DNA of 60,849 bases from Acidobacteriota bacterium (GTDB lineage Bacteria; Acidobacteriota; Polarisedimenticolia; Gp22-AA2): NCBI GenBank assembly GCA_041486695.1, contig JBGPLZ010000003.1:1-60849 (forward strand), given 5' to 3'. Position 1 is the stretch's first letter. Every line of letters starts with the position of its first letter. Shown here in pieces: positions 46,034-54,373 of this stretch. The position numbers were made by a program, and so were the translations under genes. Below the pieces are notes generated by a model, which was not told the origin of the DNA, ran no database searches, and was given only the letters and a program-made list of their open reading frames with translations.

Positions 46034-46885
46034 ATGGAGCGTCTGCAGGGCCGCATGCACCACCGACGGAGCGAAGAGGGAGCCCTCCTGATCATCATCA
46101 TGATTGGGGTGGTGGTCGCCTCGATCGGTCTGGCGGCGGCGGTGCAGGCCTGGAGCACGACCTGGCGGCGCGACAACGAAGAGGAGTTGATCTTCCGCGG
46201 CAAGCAGTATGTCAATGCCATCCTCGCCTACCGCAAGGAGCATGGCGGACAGTTTCCTTTGAACCTCGAGGATCTCTACAAGCAGGGTCCGCGGCGGCTC
46301 CGGTACATCCGCAAGCTCTTCAAGGACCCGATCGCCAAGGGTGGGAAGTGGGGGCTGCTCTACCTGGCCCCCGGCGGCCAGCAGGTGTACGACCCGAAGG
46401 CGGCCCAGAAGGCGGCGAAGAAGAACTCCGACTCCGAATGGGGCAGCGATGACGACGGTTCTTCCGGCAGCGGCGTCCCCGGCACGGGAGGCCCGATCCC
46501 GGGCGCGCCGCAGCCGGGCGGCCTGCCGGCGAACATCCAGCCGCCGCCGCTCGGCTCCTCGTCCGGCAATGGCAAGGAGGACGAAGAGCGGGTGAGCGAG
46601 CCGCCGCTCGGCTGGCCGATCGTCGGCGTGATCAGCCGGGCCGCAGGGGCGCAGGCGGACAAGACCTTCGCGACTTACAAGGGGCATGAGAAGGTCGACG
46701 AGTGGCAGTTTAACTCACTCGAGATCGAAGGCCAACAGCCGCAGGTTCCCGGCAACCAGAGGGGTGCGAGGTCGGACGGGTGCGTCGGGCCGGGCTTCGG
46801 CGGTCAATGCGCCGGCGGGATCGGCGGCCCGCGGCCAGGCAGGGGCCCCGGCGGGGGCAACCAGGGAACGGGGCCGGTTCGATAA
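46034..46885 (+). CDS. Pseudopilin-like membrane protein (GspK-like N-terminus lacking Glu+5) with a Gly/Pro-rich C-terminal half
   Basis: RRSEEG/ALLIIIMIGVVVASIGLAAAV followed by RRDNEEELIFRGKQYVNAILAYRKEHGGQFP. Low-complexity tail. Confidence 0.5.
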   Translation: MERLQGRMHHRRSEEGALLIIIMIGVVVASIGLAAAVQAWSTTWRRDNEEELIFRGKQYVNAILAYRKEHGGQFPLNLEDLYKQGPRRLRYIRKLFKDPIAKGGKWGLLYLAPGGQQVYDPKAAQKAAKKNSDSEWGSDDDGSSGSGVPGTGGPIPGAPQPGGLPANIQPPPLGSSSGNGKEDEERVSEPPLGWPIVGVISRAAGAQADKTFATYKGHEKVDEWQFNSLEIEGQQPQVPGNQRGARSDGCVGPGFGGQCAGGIGGPRPGRGPGGGNQGTGPVR

Positions 46886-46947
46886 ACAGGAGTCGTAGTC
46901 CCCGGCCCACAATTGTTTCATGCGCCGGGACATACGCCCGCGGGACG

Positions 46948-46976
46948 TTGACACGGCGCGGCGTTCGGGGTATTAA
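46948..46976 (+). promoter_or_regulatory. Strong sigma70-consensus promoter candidate (TTGACA-17 nt-TATTAA) upstream of the threonine operon leader
   Basis: TTGACA at 46948-46953, exact 17-nt spacer, TATTAA at 46971-46976. A conspicuous match in a GC-rich background. Confidence 0.55.
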
Positions 46977-47040
46977 ACCCCGACACGCCATCCGTGACGG
47001 GATGTCGTTCATTTCCGGGCTCCGGGCCATCGCATCGCGC

Positions 47041-47074
47041 TGAGGGGGGGAGCGATCCTCCCCTCACGTTTTTT
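47041..47074 (+). terminator. Intrinsic terminator/attenuator hairpin between the promoter candidate and ask
   Basis: TGAGGGGGGGA-GCGA-TCCTCCCCTCA (11-bp stem including one G-U pair, GNRA loop) followed by CGTTTTTT (T-run 47069-47074). It lies 44 nt upstream of the ask ATG. Confidence 0.7.
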
Positions 47075-47117
47075 CGGCCGGCCGCGCTCCGGCAGGCTTG
47101 TTTGCGCCGAGGGTTCG

Positions 47118-48581
47118 ATGATCGTCATGAAGTTCGGGGGCACCTCCCTGGCGGGGGCCGGGGAGATCAGGCAGGTCGGCTCGATCGTGAAGCGCTTCGC
47201 CGCGCGCCGGCCGGTGGTGGTCGTGTCCGCCATGGCCGGCGTCACCGATGACCTTTTGGCCCTGGCCGAGCTGGCGGTCTCGGGGCGGCCGTCGGAGGTC
47301 AGCCGGAGGCTCGATCGGCTTCACGCCCGCCACCGCAAGGTCGCGCGCGGGCTTCGGGTCGGTGATCCCCAGCGCGAGGCTCTCGGCCGCGACCTCGAGG
47401 CGCTGTTCGCCGAGCTCGAGGGGGTCTGCCACGGGGTGATGCTGCTGCGCGAGCTGAGCCGGCGCTCGCTCGATCTCGTCGCCTCGTTCGGCGAGCGGCT
47501 CTCGGCGCGCCTGGTCGCGGCGCACCTGTGTCAGATCAGCCTGCGCGCCCAGTTCGTCGACGCGCGCGATCAGATCGTCACCGACGACAGCCACGGCGAG
47601 GCGGTGGTCGACCTGGAGGCGACCCAGAAGAACGTGCGTCGATCGCTCCTGCCGCTGCTGCGGGGCGGAGGTCTGCCGGTGGTCACCGGCTTCATCGGCC
47701 GGACCCGCAGCGGCGCCACCACGACGCTCGGACGGAGCGGATCCGATTACACCGCCTCCATCCTGGGCCTGGCGCTGCGGGCGCGCGAGATATGGATCTG
47801 GAAGGAGGTCGACGGCGTCTGCACCGCCGACCCGCGCCTGGTGCCGAGCGCCCGGGTGGTGGCGCGGATCTCCTACCAGGAGGCGGCCGAGATGGCGCAC
47901 TTCGGGGCCGAGGTGATCCATCCGAAGACCATGCTGCCGGCGCGCCGCGCCGGCATCCCGATCCGGATCAAGAACACCTTCAAGCCGGCGGCCCCGGGGA
48001 CGCTGGTCGGGGCGCGCGCCGTCGGCAAGGGGGCGCCCTTGATGGTCAGCAGCATCGACGGCATGGCGCTGGTGACCGTCGAGGGGACTGGTATCTTCGG
48101 CCAGCCCGGGATGATCCTGAGGCTCCTCACGCCGGTGGCGCTGGCCGGGACCAACATCTACATGATCTCGATGTCGTCGTCGGAGTACAACGTCTCCTTC
48201 GCCATCCGCGAGCGCGACGTCGAGAAGACCATGAAGGCGCTCGAGAAGGACTTCCGCGACCGCGGCCTGCTCGGTGAGCAGGTGGCCCGGATCACCGTCG
48301 AGCGCGACATGTGCGCCGTCGCGGTGGTGGGCGCCGGGATGAAGGGGCAGCACGGGATCGCCGGCCGCGTCTTCAGCGCGCTCGGGGACGAAGGGGTCAA
48401 CGTGGTGGCGATCGCCCAGGGATCCTCCGAGTACAACATCACCGTGATCATCAAGGAGCGGGCGATGAAGGCGGCGGTGCGGGCGATTCACGACCGGCTG
48501 AATGTCGCGCGGGTCGCGAGCCTGCGGGAGCGGCGCGGCGGCCGCGCCGCGTTGCGCGTCGTCGGAGGGCGGGTCCGCTGA
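47118..48581 (+). CDS. lysC: Aspartate kinase (monofunctional, C-terminal ACT pair)
   Basis: MIVMKFGGTSL, VVVVSAMAGVTD, GRSGSDYTA. ACT-like repeats LVTVEG..ISMSSSEYNVSF and VAVVGAGM..IAQGSSEYNITV. Confidence 0.92.
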   Translation: MIVMKFGGTSLAGAGEIRQVGSIVKRFAARRPVVVVSAMAGVTDDLLALAELAVSGRPSEVSRRLDRLHARHRKVARGLRVGDPQREALGRDLEALFAELEGVCHGVMLLRELSRRSLDLVASFGERLSARLVAAHLCQISLRAQFVDARDQIVTDDSHGEAVVDLEATQKNVRRSLLPLLRGGGLPVVTGFIGRTRSGATTTLGRSGSDYTASILGLALRAREIWIWKEVDGVCTADPRLVPSARVVARISYQEAAEMAHFGAEVIHPKTMLPARRAGIPIRIKNTFKPAAPGTLVGARAVGKGAPLMVSSIDGMALVTVEGTGIFGQPGMILRLLTPVALAGTNIYMISMSSSEYNVSFAIRERDVEKTMKALEKDFRDRGLLGEQVARITVERDMCAVAVVGAGMKGQHGIAGRVFSALGDEGVNVVAIAQGSSEYNITVIIKERAMKAAVRAIHDRLNVARVASLRERRGGRAALRVVGGRVR

Positions 48582-49663
48582 TGTCCCTCCGTCTCCTGGT
48601 GCTGCAGATCGGCAAGGGCACGATCGGCGCGGCGCTCATCGACCAGGTGGCCGAGCAGCGCGAAGCAATCCGCTCCAGGATCGGAGTCGACATCGTGTAC
48701 GCCGGGATCGGGGGACGGAGCGCCTCGGCCACTTCCGCCTCCGGGCTCGACCTGGCCGGCTGGCGCGAACGGCTGCGTGGCGCTCGCGGCACGGAGGCGC
48801 GGCAGATGGTGCGCGAGGCCGCCGCCCTGCCGGATCCGAAGATCCTGGTCGATGCCACCGCCGACGACGGGATGGGCGTGATCTACGGCGAGGCGCTCGC
48901 GGCCGGGTTCCACGTCGTGTCGTGCAACAAGAAGCCGTTCGCGGGGTCGCTCGCCTCCTGGAGGGCGATCCGGGCATCAGCCCTCAAGGCGGGGCGCTTC
49001 GTTCTGAACGAGGTGACGGTCGGCGCGGGGCTTCCGGTGATCGGCACGCTGCGCGATCTGGTCGACAGCGGCGATCGGGTCGTCGCCATCGAGGGCTGCT
49101 TCTCCGGCACCTTGAATTTTCTCTGCGCCGCGCTCGACCGGGGGGAGCGCTTCTCGGAAGCGCTGCGGCGGGCCGGGGATCTCGGCTATACGGAGCCCGA
49201 TCCGCGCGACGATCTCTCGGGTCAGGACGTGGCCCGCAAGGCGTTGATCCTGGCGCGCGAGGCGGGGATCGAAATCGAGCCTGAGCAGGTCCGGCTGGAG
49301 CCGTTCGGCGAGGTCGGCGGCGGCGGGGACGTGGCCGCCTTTCTGGAGTGCGCCGCCGGCCGTGACGAGCTGATGGAGAGGACCTGGAAGGAGGCGGCCG
49401 CGCGCGGGCGCCGCTGGCGGTACGTCGCCCGGGTCGACGGCGGGTGCGGGGCTCAGCTTCGCGAGGTGCCGGCCGACTCGGCGCTCGGACGCCTGGCCGG
49501 GCCGGAGAATGTCTTCGCCTTCTCGACCGAGCGTTACGCGGACCAGCCCCTGGTCGTCTCCGGGCCGGGCGCGGGGCCGGCGGTGACCGCGGCGGGGGCG
49601 TTCGGAGATATCCTGAGGGTGGCGCGGGCGGCGGCCTCGACCGGGCCACGAGGGCGGCCATGA
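48581..49663 (+). CDS. hom: Homoserine dehydrogenase (resembles the HD half of ThrA-type enzymes; no ACT domain)
   Basis: Start MSLRLLVLQIGKGTIG at 48581 (TGATG overlap). VVSCNKKP, VTVGAGLPVI, GCFSGTLNFL, GYTEPDPRDDLSGQDVARK. Confidence 0.88.
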   Translation: MSLRLLVLQIGKGTIGAALIDQVAEQREAIRSRIGVDIVYAGIGGRSASATSASGLDLAGWRERLRGARGTEARQMVREAAALPDPKILVDATADDGMGVIYGEALAAGFHVVSCNKKPFAGSLASWRAIRASALKAGRFVLNEVTVGAGLPVIGTLRDLVDSGDRVVAIEGCFSGTLNFLCAALDRGERFSEALRRAGDLGYTEPDPRDDLSGQDVARKALILAREAGIEIEPEQVRLEPFGEVGGGGDVAAFLECAAGRDELMERTWKEAAARGRRWRYVARVDGGCGAQLREVPADSALGRLAGPENVFAFSTERYADQPLVVSGPGAGPAVTAAGAFGDILRVARAAASTGPRGRP

Positions 49664-50721
49664 CCACCAGGGCGAAGCAGGGGAACGACGGCGCGATCCC
49701 GGTGGCGATCCTGGGAGCGACCGGCGCGGTCGGACAGAGGTTCGTGTCGCTGCTCGACGGCCACCCCTGGTTCCGCGTGACCGCGCTGTGCGCCTCACAG
49801 CGATCCACCGGCAAGAAGTACGCCGATGCGGTGCGCTGGTTTCTGGAGGCGCCGATCCCCGACTGGGCGCGCGACATGCCGGTGGTGGAATGCCGGCCCG
49901 GCATGGAGGCGCGGATCGCCTTCTCCGGCCTCGATGCGACGGTGGCCGGCGGGATCGAGGACGAGTTCGCCGCCGCCGGACATGCCGTCGTCAGCAATTC
50001 CCGCAACCACCGGATGGCGCCCGACGTCCCGCTCCTCGTGCCCGAAGTGAACCCCGACCACCTCGATCTCATCGCACCGCAGAACCGGCGGCGCCCGGGC
50101 GGCGGCTACATCGTCACCAACCCGAACTGCTCGACGGTCGGCCTGGTGATGTCGCTCGCCCCCCTGCATCGCGCGCTCGGCGTGCAGCGCGCGGTCGTCG
50201 CCACCCTGCAGGCGGTCTCCGGGGCCGGCTATCCCGGCGTCCCCGCCATCGACATCCTCGACAACGTCGTGCCTTACATCGGCGGGGAGGAGGAGAAGAT
50301 CGAGGCGGAGACCCTGAAGATCCTCGGCACGGCGCGCGCCGCGGCGGAATTTCCGATCAGCGCGCACTGCCACAGGGTGCATGTCAGCGACGGGCACACG
50401 CTCGCCGTCTCGATCGAGACCCAGGAGCGCGCCACGCCCGACGAAGCGACCCGGTTGCTCCGGGAGTTCCGCTCGCCGCTCCGCGAGCTGGGCCTGCCGA
50501 GCCTCCCCGATCCGCCGATCGTGGTGCGCGACGAGCCGGACCGGCCGCAGCCGCGCTTCGATAGAATGGCGGGCGCGGGCATGGCGGTCACGGTCGGACG
50601 GGTGCGGCGCTGCAGCGTCCTGACCCTCAAGTACGTGGCGCTGGTGCACAATACGATTCGCGGCGCGGCGGGCGTGGCGATTCTGAACGCCGAGCTGCTC
50701 AAGGCCAAAGGACTCCTGTAG
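49660..50721 (+). CDS. asd: Aspartate-semialdehyde dehydrogenase
   Basis: ATGA overlap. VAILGATGAVGQRF, VSNSRNHR, TNPNCSTVG (catalytic Cys), AVSGAGYPG, SAHCHRVHVSDGH. Confidence 0.92.
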   Translation: MTTRAKQGNDGAIPVAILGATGAVGQRFVSLLDGHPWFRVTALCASQRSTGKKYADAVRWFLEAPIPDWARDMPVVECRPGMEARIAFSGLDATVAGGIEDEFAAAGHAVVSNSRNHRMAPDVPLLVPEVNPDHLDLIAPQNRRRPGGGYIVTNPNCSTVGLVMSLAPLHRALGVQRAVVATLQAVSGAGYPGVPAIDILDNVVPYIGGEEEKIEAETLKILGTARAAAEFPISAHCHRVHVSDGHTLAVSIETQERATPDEATRLLREFRSPLRELGLPSLPDPPIVVRDEPDRPQPRFDRMAGAGMAVTVGRVRRCSVLTLKYVALVHNTIRGAAGVAILNAELLKAKGLL

Positions 50722-51687
50722 ATGAGCGGCGCGCCGACCGGCCAGGGATGGATCAAGGTGCTCGCGCCCGCGTCGATCGCCAACCTCGGCCCGGGCTTCG
50801 ACGCCCTGGGCGTGGCGCTCGAGGGCCTGGGGGACATCATCGAGGGGTGGCGGGTCGAAGGACCGTCCACGGGCGTCGTGATCCGCGACATGACCGGGGA
50901 GTCCGCGAATATCCCTCTCGATCCGTCCAAAAACTGCGCCGGGCGCGCCGCCGAGGCGGTCCTCAAACAGCTCACGGGGAAGGCGGCGAAGGACGTCGGC
51001 CTCGAGATCCGGATCCACAAGGGCCTGCCGCAGGGGAGCGGCCTCGGCAGCAGCGCCGCCAGCGCCGTCGGCGGGGCGGTGGTCGCGCACCTCCTGCTCG
51101 GCTCGCAGCTCGGCAGCAACCGCCTGCTCGAGGCGGCGCTCGAGGGCGAAGTCCTGGCGAGCGGCGCCCGGCACGCCGACAACCTCGCCCCGTCCCTCCT
51201 CGGCGGCTTCACGATCGTCAAGAGCCACGACCCGCTCGAGGTGGTGCGCCTCGACGCGCCCAGCAACATCCGCTTCGTCGTGGTGCTGCCGCAGATGGAG
51301 ATCGAGACCCGCTATGCCCGCTCGGTGCTGCCGGAGATGATCCCGCTGGCGGCCGCGGCGAAGAACTGGGCCCAGGTCGCCGCCCAGGTGGCGGCGATCG
51401 CGCGCGGCGACGTGGCCGACATCGGCCGCGCCGTCGTCGACCACGTCATCGAGCCGGTCCGCTCCAAGCTGATCCCCGGATTCGGCGACGTCAAGCGCGC
51501 GGCGCTCGAGGCCGGGGCGTACGGCTGCTCGATCAGCGGCGCCGGGCCGGCGCTGTTCGCGATCGCCGTGCCCGACACCGCCGAGCGGATCGCCTTGGCG
51601 ATGCATGCCGCCTTCCAGCGGCACGGCCTCGCCAGCCGGCACTTCATCTGCTCCCCCGACAACCGGGGCGCCCGCCGGATCGACTGA
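50722..51687 (+). CDS. thrB: Homoserine kinase (GHMP family)
   Basis: APASIANLGPGFD, KGLPQGSGLGSSAASAVG, HADNLAPSLLGG, SISGAGPALFA. Confidence 0.92.
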   Translation: MSGAPTGQGWIKVLAPASIANLGPGFDALGVALEGLGDIIEGWRVEGPSTGVVIRDMTGESANIPLDPSKNCAGRAAEAVLKQLTGKAAKDVGLEIRIHKGLPQGSGLGSSAASAVGGAVVAHLLLGSQLGSNRLLEAALEGEVLASGARHADNLAPSLLGGFTIVKSHDPLEVVRLDAPSNIRFVVVLPQMEIETRYARSVLPEMIPLAAAAKNWAQVAAQVAAIARGDVADIGRAVVDHVIEPVRSKLIPGFGDVKRAALEAGAYGCSISGAGPALFAIAVPDTAERIALAMHAAFQRHGLASRHFICSPDNRGARRID

Positions 51688-51696
51688 GGCGCGCCC

Positions 51697-53004
51697 ATGG
51701 CCACCACACCGTTCTCCCGGATGCGCTGCATCGGCTGCGGCAGGGAGTCGCCGCTCGACCAGATTCGCTACGAGTGCGACGCCTGCGGCGACCTCCTCGA
51801 GGTGGTGCACGATCTCGACCGGCTGCGGCGTGAAGCCCCGGCCGGCGGCTGGCGCGCCCGGTTCGACGCCCGGCTGGGGGCGCGGCAGGGAGCGCACCGC
51901 AGCGGCGTCTGGCGCTACCACGAGCTGATCCTCCCGGACCTGCCGCTCGACCGGCTGGTCACCAAGCCCGAGGGGAACACCAACCTGTATCGCTCGCCGC
52001 GCCTCGAGCAGATCTCGGACACGGCCGAGGTCGCGATCAAGCACGAGGGCGAGAACCCGACGCTGTCGTTCAAGGACCGCGGCATGACGGCGGGGATCTC
52101 GTTCGCCAGGCACCTCGGCGTGCGCGTCGTGGCCTGCGCCTCGACCGGCGACACCTCCGCCGCCATGGCGGCCTATGCCGCCCAGGTCGACGGACTGCGC
52201 GGGGTCGTCGTCCTGCCGAGGGGGAAGGTCAGCCTGGAGCAGCTGTCGCAGCCGGTCGCCTCCGGGGCACTGACCCTGTCGCTGCCGACCGACTTCGACA
52301 CCTGCATCAGGCTCCTGCGCGAGGTCTGCCGCAGCAAGCCGCTCTACCTGCTCAACTCGGTGAATTCGATCCGGATCGAGGGCCAGAAGTCGATCGGCTT
52401 CGAGATCGTCCAGGAGCGCGGCTGGGAGCCGCCCGACTGGATCGTCGTGCCGGTCGGCAACGCCGGCAACATCTCGGCGATCGGCAAGGGGTTGTTCGAG
52501 CTCAAGGCGCTCGGCGTGATCGACCGCGTGCCGCGGCTCCTGGGGGCGCAGGCGGCGGCCGCCGCGCCGCTCGCCCGCGCCTGCCGCAAGGGCTACGCGA
52601 CGCGCGTGCGGGTGACAGCCGCCGACACCGTCGCCTCGGCGATCCGGATCGGCGACCCGGTGTCGTACGATAAGGCGGTCCGGGTGGTGCGCGCATCGGG
52701 AGGGTTCTTCGAGGAGGCCGGCGAGCAGGAGATCATGGACGCCAAGGCGCTGGTCGACGCGAGCGGCGTCTACATCTGTCCCAACTCCGCCGCCGCCGTG
52801 GCCGCCTTCCTGAAGGCGCGGGCCGTAGGGACGATCGGCCGGGACGAAAGGGTCGTCATCGTGGCCACCGCGCACGGCTGCAAGTTCAGCCAGGCCGCGA
52901 TCGACTACCATGGTGGCCGGCTCCCCGGCCTCACGCCGGGGCGGGCCAACCGGATCGTGGAGGTCGAGGCGGACGCGCGGGCGATCGAGAGGCTTTTGCC
53001 ATGA
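51697..53004 (+). CDS. thrC: Threonine synthase
   Basis: N-terminal zinc-ribbon-like CIGCG..YECDACG, PLP lysine motif NPTLSFKDRGMT, VPVGNAGNISA. Confidence 0.92.
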   Translation: MATTPFSRMRCIGCGRESPLDQIRYECDACGDLLEVVHDLDRLRREAPAGGWRARFDARLGARQGAHRSGVWRYHELILPDLPLDRLVTKPEGNTNLYRSPRLEQISDTAEVAIKHEGENPTLSFKDRGMTAGISFARHLGVRVVACASTGDTSAAMAAYAAQVDGLRGVVVLPRGKVSLEQLSQPVASGALTLSLPTDFDTCIRLLREVCRSKPLYLLNSVNSIRIEGQKSIGFEIVQERGWEPPDWIVVPVGNAGNISAIGKGLFELKALGVIDRVPRLLGAQAAAAAPLARACRKGYATRVRVTAADTVASAIRIGDPVSYDKAVRVVRASGGFFEEAGEQEIMDAKALVDASGVYICPNSAAAVAAFLKARAVGTIGRDERVVIVATAHGCKFSQAAIDYHGGRLPGLTPGRANRIVEVEADARAIERLLP

Positions 53005-53627
53005 CAACGAAGACAACGAAAAAGAAAGTCCGCCGTTCACGCCGGCCGGCGGGCGTCCACCGCCCCGGGGCTGGCGTTCTTAGGGCCCGCGATCTGATGA
53101 CGGCGACCCCGATCACCGTCCCGGAGACGATGACGGTCGGGGAGCTGTGCGATCTCCTGCAGGAAAAAAACATCAACGGCGCCCCGGTGGTCGATCGGGA
53201 CGGCCGCCTGATGGGAGTCGTGACCCAGGAGGACATCATCTATGGCGCCATGGGCCACCCGATGTACAGCGCCGCCGGCGCCGATCCCGCCGCGCGGGAG
53301 ACCGGCCGGCGCGGCGGCAAGAAGGTCGTGGCGATGCTCCGGGAGCGGGGGTTGGCAAGCGCGCCGAGCCCTCCCCCGAGGCCCGGCGAGCGCCCGTTCT
53401 GGGCCGACGATCGCCGGCCTCCCGATCCGATGGAGATCCCGGTCAGCGCCATCATGACCTCTCCGGCGATCTGGGCGGAGGAGGAGACCCCCGTCGCCGG
53501 ACTCTGCGGGATCATGTGGAAGCTGCGCATCCACCGCCTGCCGATCGTGAAGGACGGCAAGGTGACCGGCCTGGTCTCCGCGATGGATCTTTGCAAGGCG
53601 ATCGTCGAGGGTCGGATCAAGGTATGA
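53001..53627 (+). CDS. CBS-domain pair protein with a long low-complexity insert between the two CBS motifs
   Basis: ATGA overlap with the thrC stop. DLMTATPITVPETMTVGELCDLLQEKNINGAPVVDRDGRLMGVVTQEDI and IMTSPAIWAEEETPVAGLCGIMWKLRIHRLPIVKDGKVTGLVSAMDL. Confidence 0.85.
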   Translation: MTTKTTKKKVRRSRRPAGVHRPGAGVLRARDLMTATPITVPETMTVGELCDLLQEKNINGAPVVDRDGRLMGVVTQEDIIYGAMGHPMYSAAGADPAARETGRRGGKKVVAMLRERGLASAPSPPPRPGERPFWADDRRPPDPMEIPVSAIMTSPAIWAEEETPVAGLCGIMWKLRIHRLPIVKDGKVTGLVSAMDLCKAIVEGRIKV

Positions 53628-54235
53628 GGCGCGCCTCGCGGTGGCACCTTAGTGCGGGCCCGCGCCTGCCGGCGGCGTTTCTGGTGGCCACGGCGCTGCT
53701 TCCGGCGCTCGCCGCCTGCGGCCCCCCCTCGACCGACGATCCGGTCGTTCACGGGCTCAAGACCCTGCTGCGGCCGGAGGACCGTCTCCTCGTTGCCCGG
53801 GTCCTCGATGCCGACGACGCGACGCGGATCGCGGCGGTGGTGCGGCCGGCCTCTGGGAAGCCCGAGCTGCGGATCTATGAGCGGCGCGCTGCGGGCGCGC
53901 CGTACCTCGTGGTCCACACCTCCCAGCAGGGTGATCGCTTCCACAACCTGGTGCTGGAGGACGTGAACGGCGACGGCCAGGAGGAGATCCTGGCCACCTG
54001 GACCGGCGGGCAGCTCGAGATTCTCGAGGTTCTTGGCCGGGCGCCCGACGGCACCTACCGGACCCTGTTCCAGAACGCCGGCCAGCGAATTGAACAACGT
54101 TACGGTGCAACGGGATCGGTGGAGTTCTGGATCAGCAGCCGGACCTTCGAGGAGGGATCCGGCCAGCCCCCGACCTACGGCATCGCCATCTACCGCTGGG
54201 ACGGCAAGGGTTTCTCCGAGGCCGTCTCCCGCTGA
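53624..54235 (+). CDS. Lipoprotein with an FG-GAP/VCBS-like motif, function unknown
   Basis: ATGA overlap. Signal + lipobox FLVATALLPALAAC. LEDVNGDGQEEIL. Confidence 0.6.
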   Translation: MRRASRWHLSAGPRLPAAFLVATALLPALAACGPPSTDDPVVHGLKTLLRPEDRLLVARVLDADDATRIAAVVRPASGKPELRIYERRAAGAPYLVVHTSQQGDRFHNLVLEDVNGDGQEEILATWTGGQLEILEVLGRAPDGTYRTLFQNAGQRIEQRYGATGSVEFWISSRTFEEGSGQPPTYGIAIYRWDGKGFSEAVSR

Positions 54236-54373
54236 GGCTTCGCCCTGCCGGGCGCCGGTCCGGATCGCCCCATAGGCCTTCGGGTGCTATACTGCGTCCC
54301 CCGCAGCGAGAGCCGAGGATCTTCCCCCTGGCCGGGCGGGCTTCACGCGCGCCCGCAAAGGATCGATCACGAC

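Noticed and set aside
47002-47043. Classical threonine-operon leader-peptide attenuation
   Set aside because: The 13-aa peptide MSFISGLRAIASR contains no Thr and only two Ile codons, and its SD is weak. I kept it only as a generic attenuator/sRNA hypothesis.
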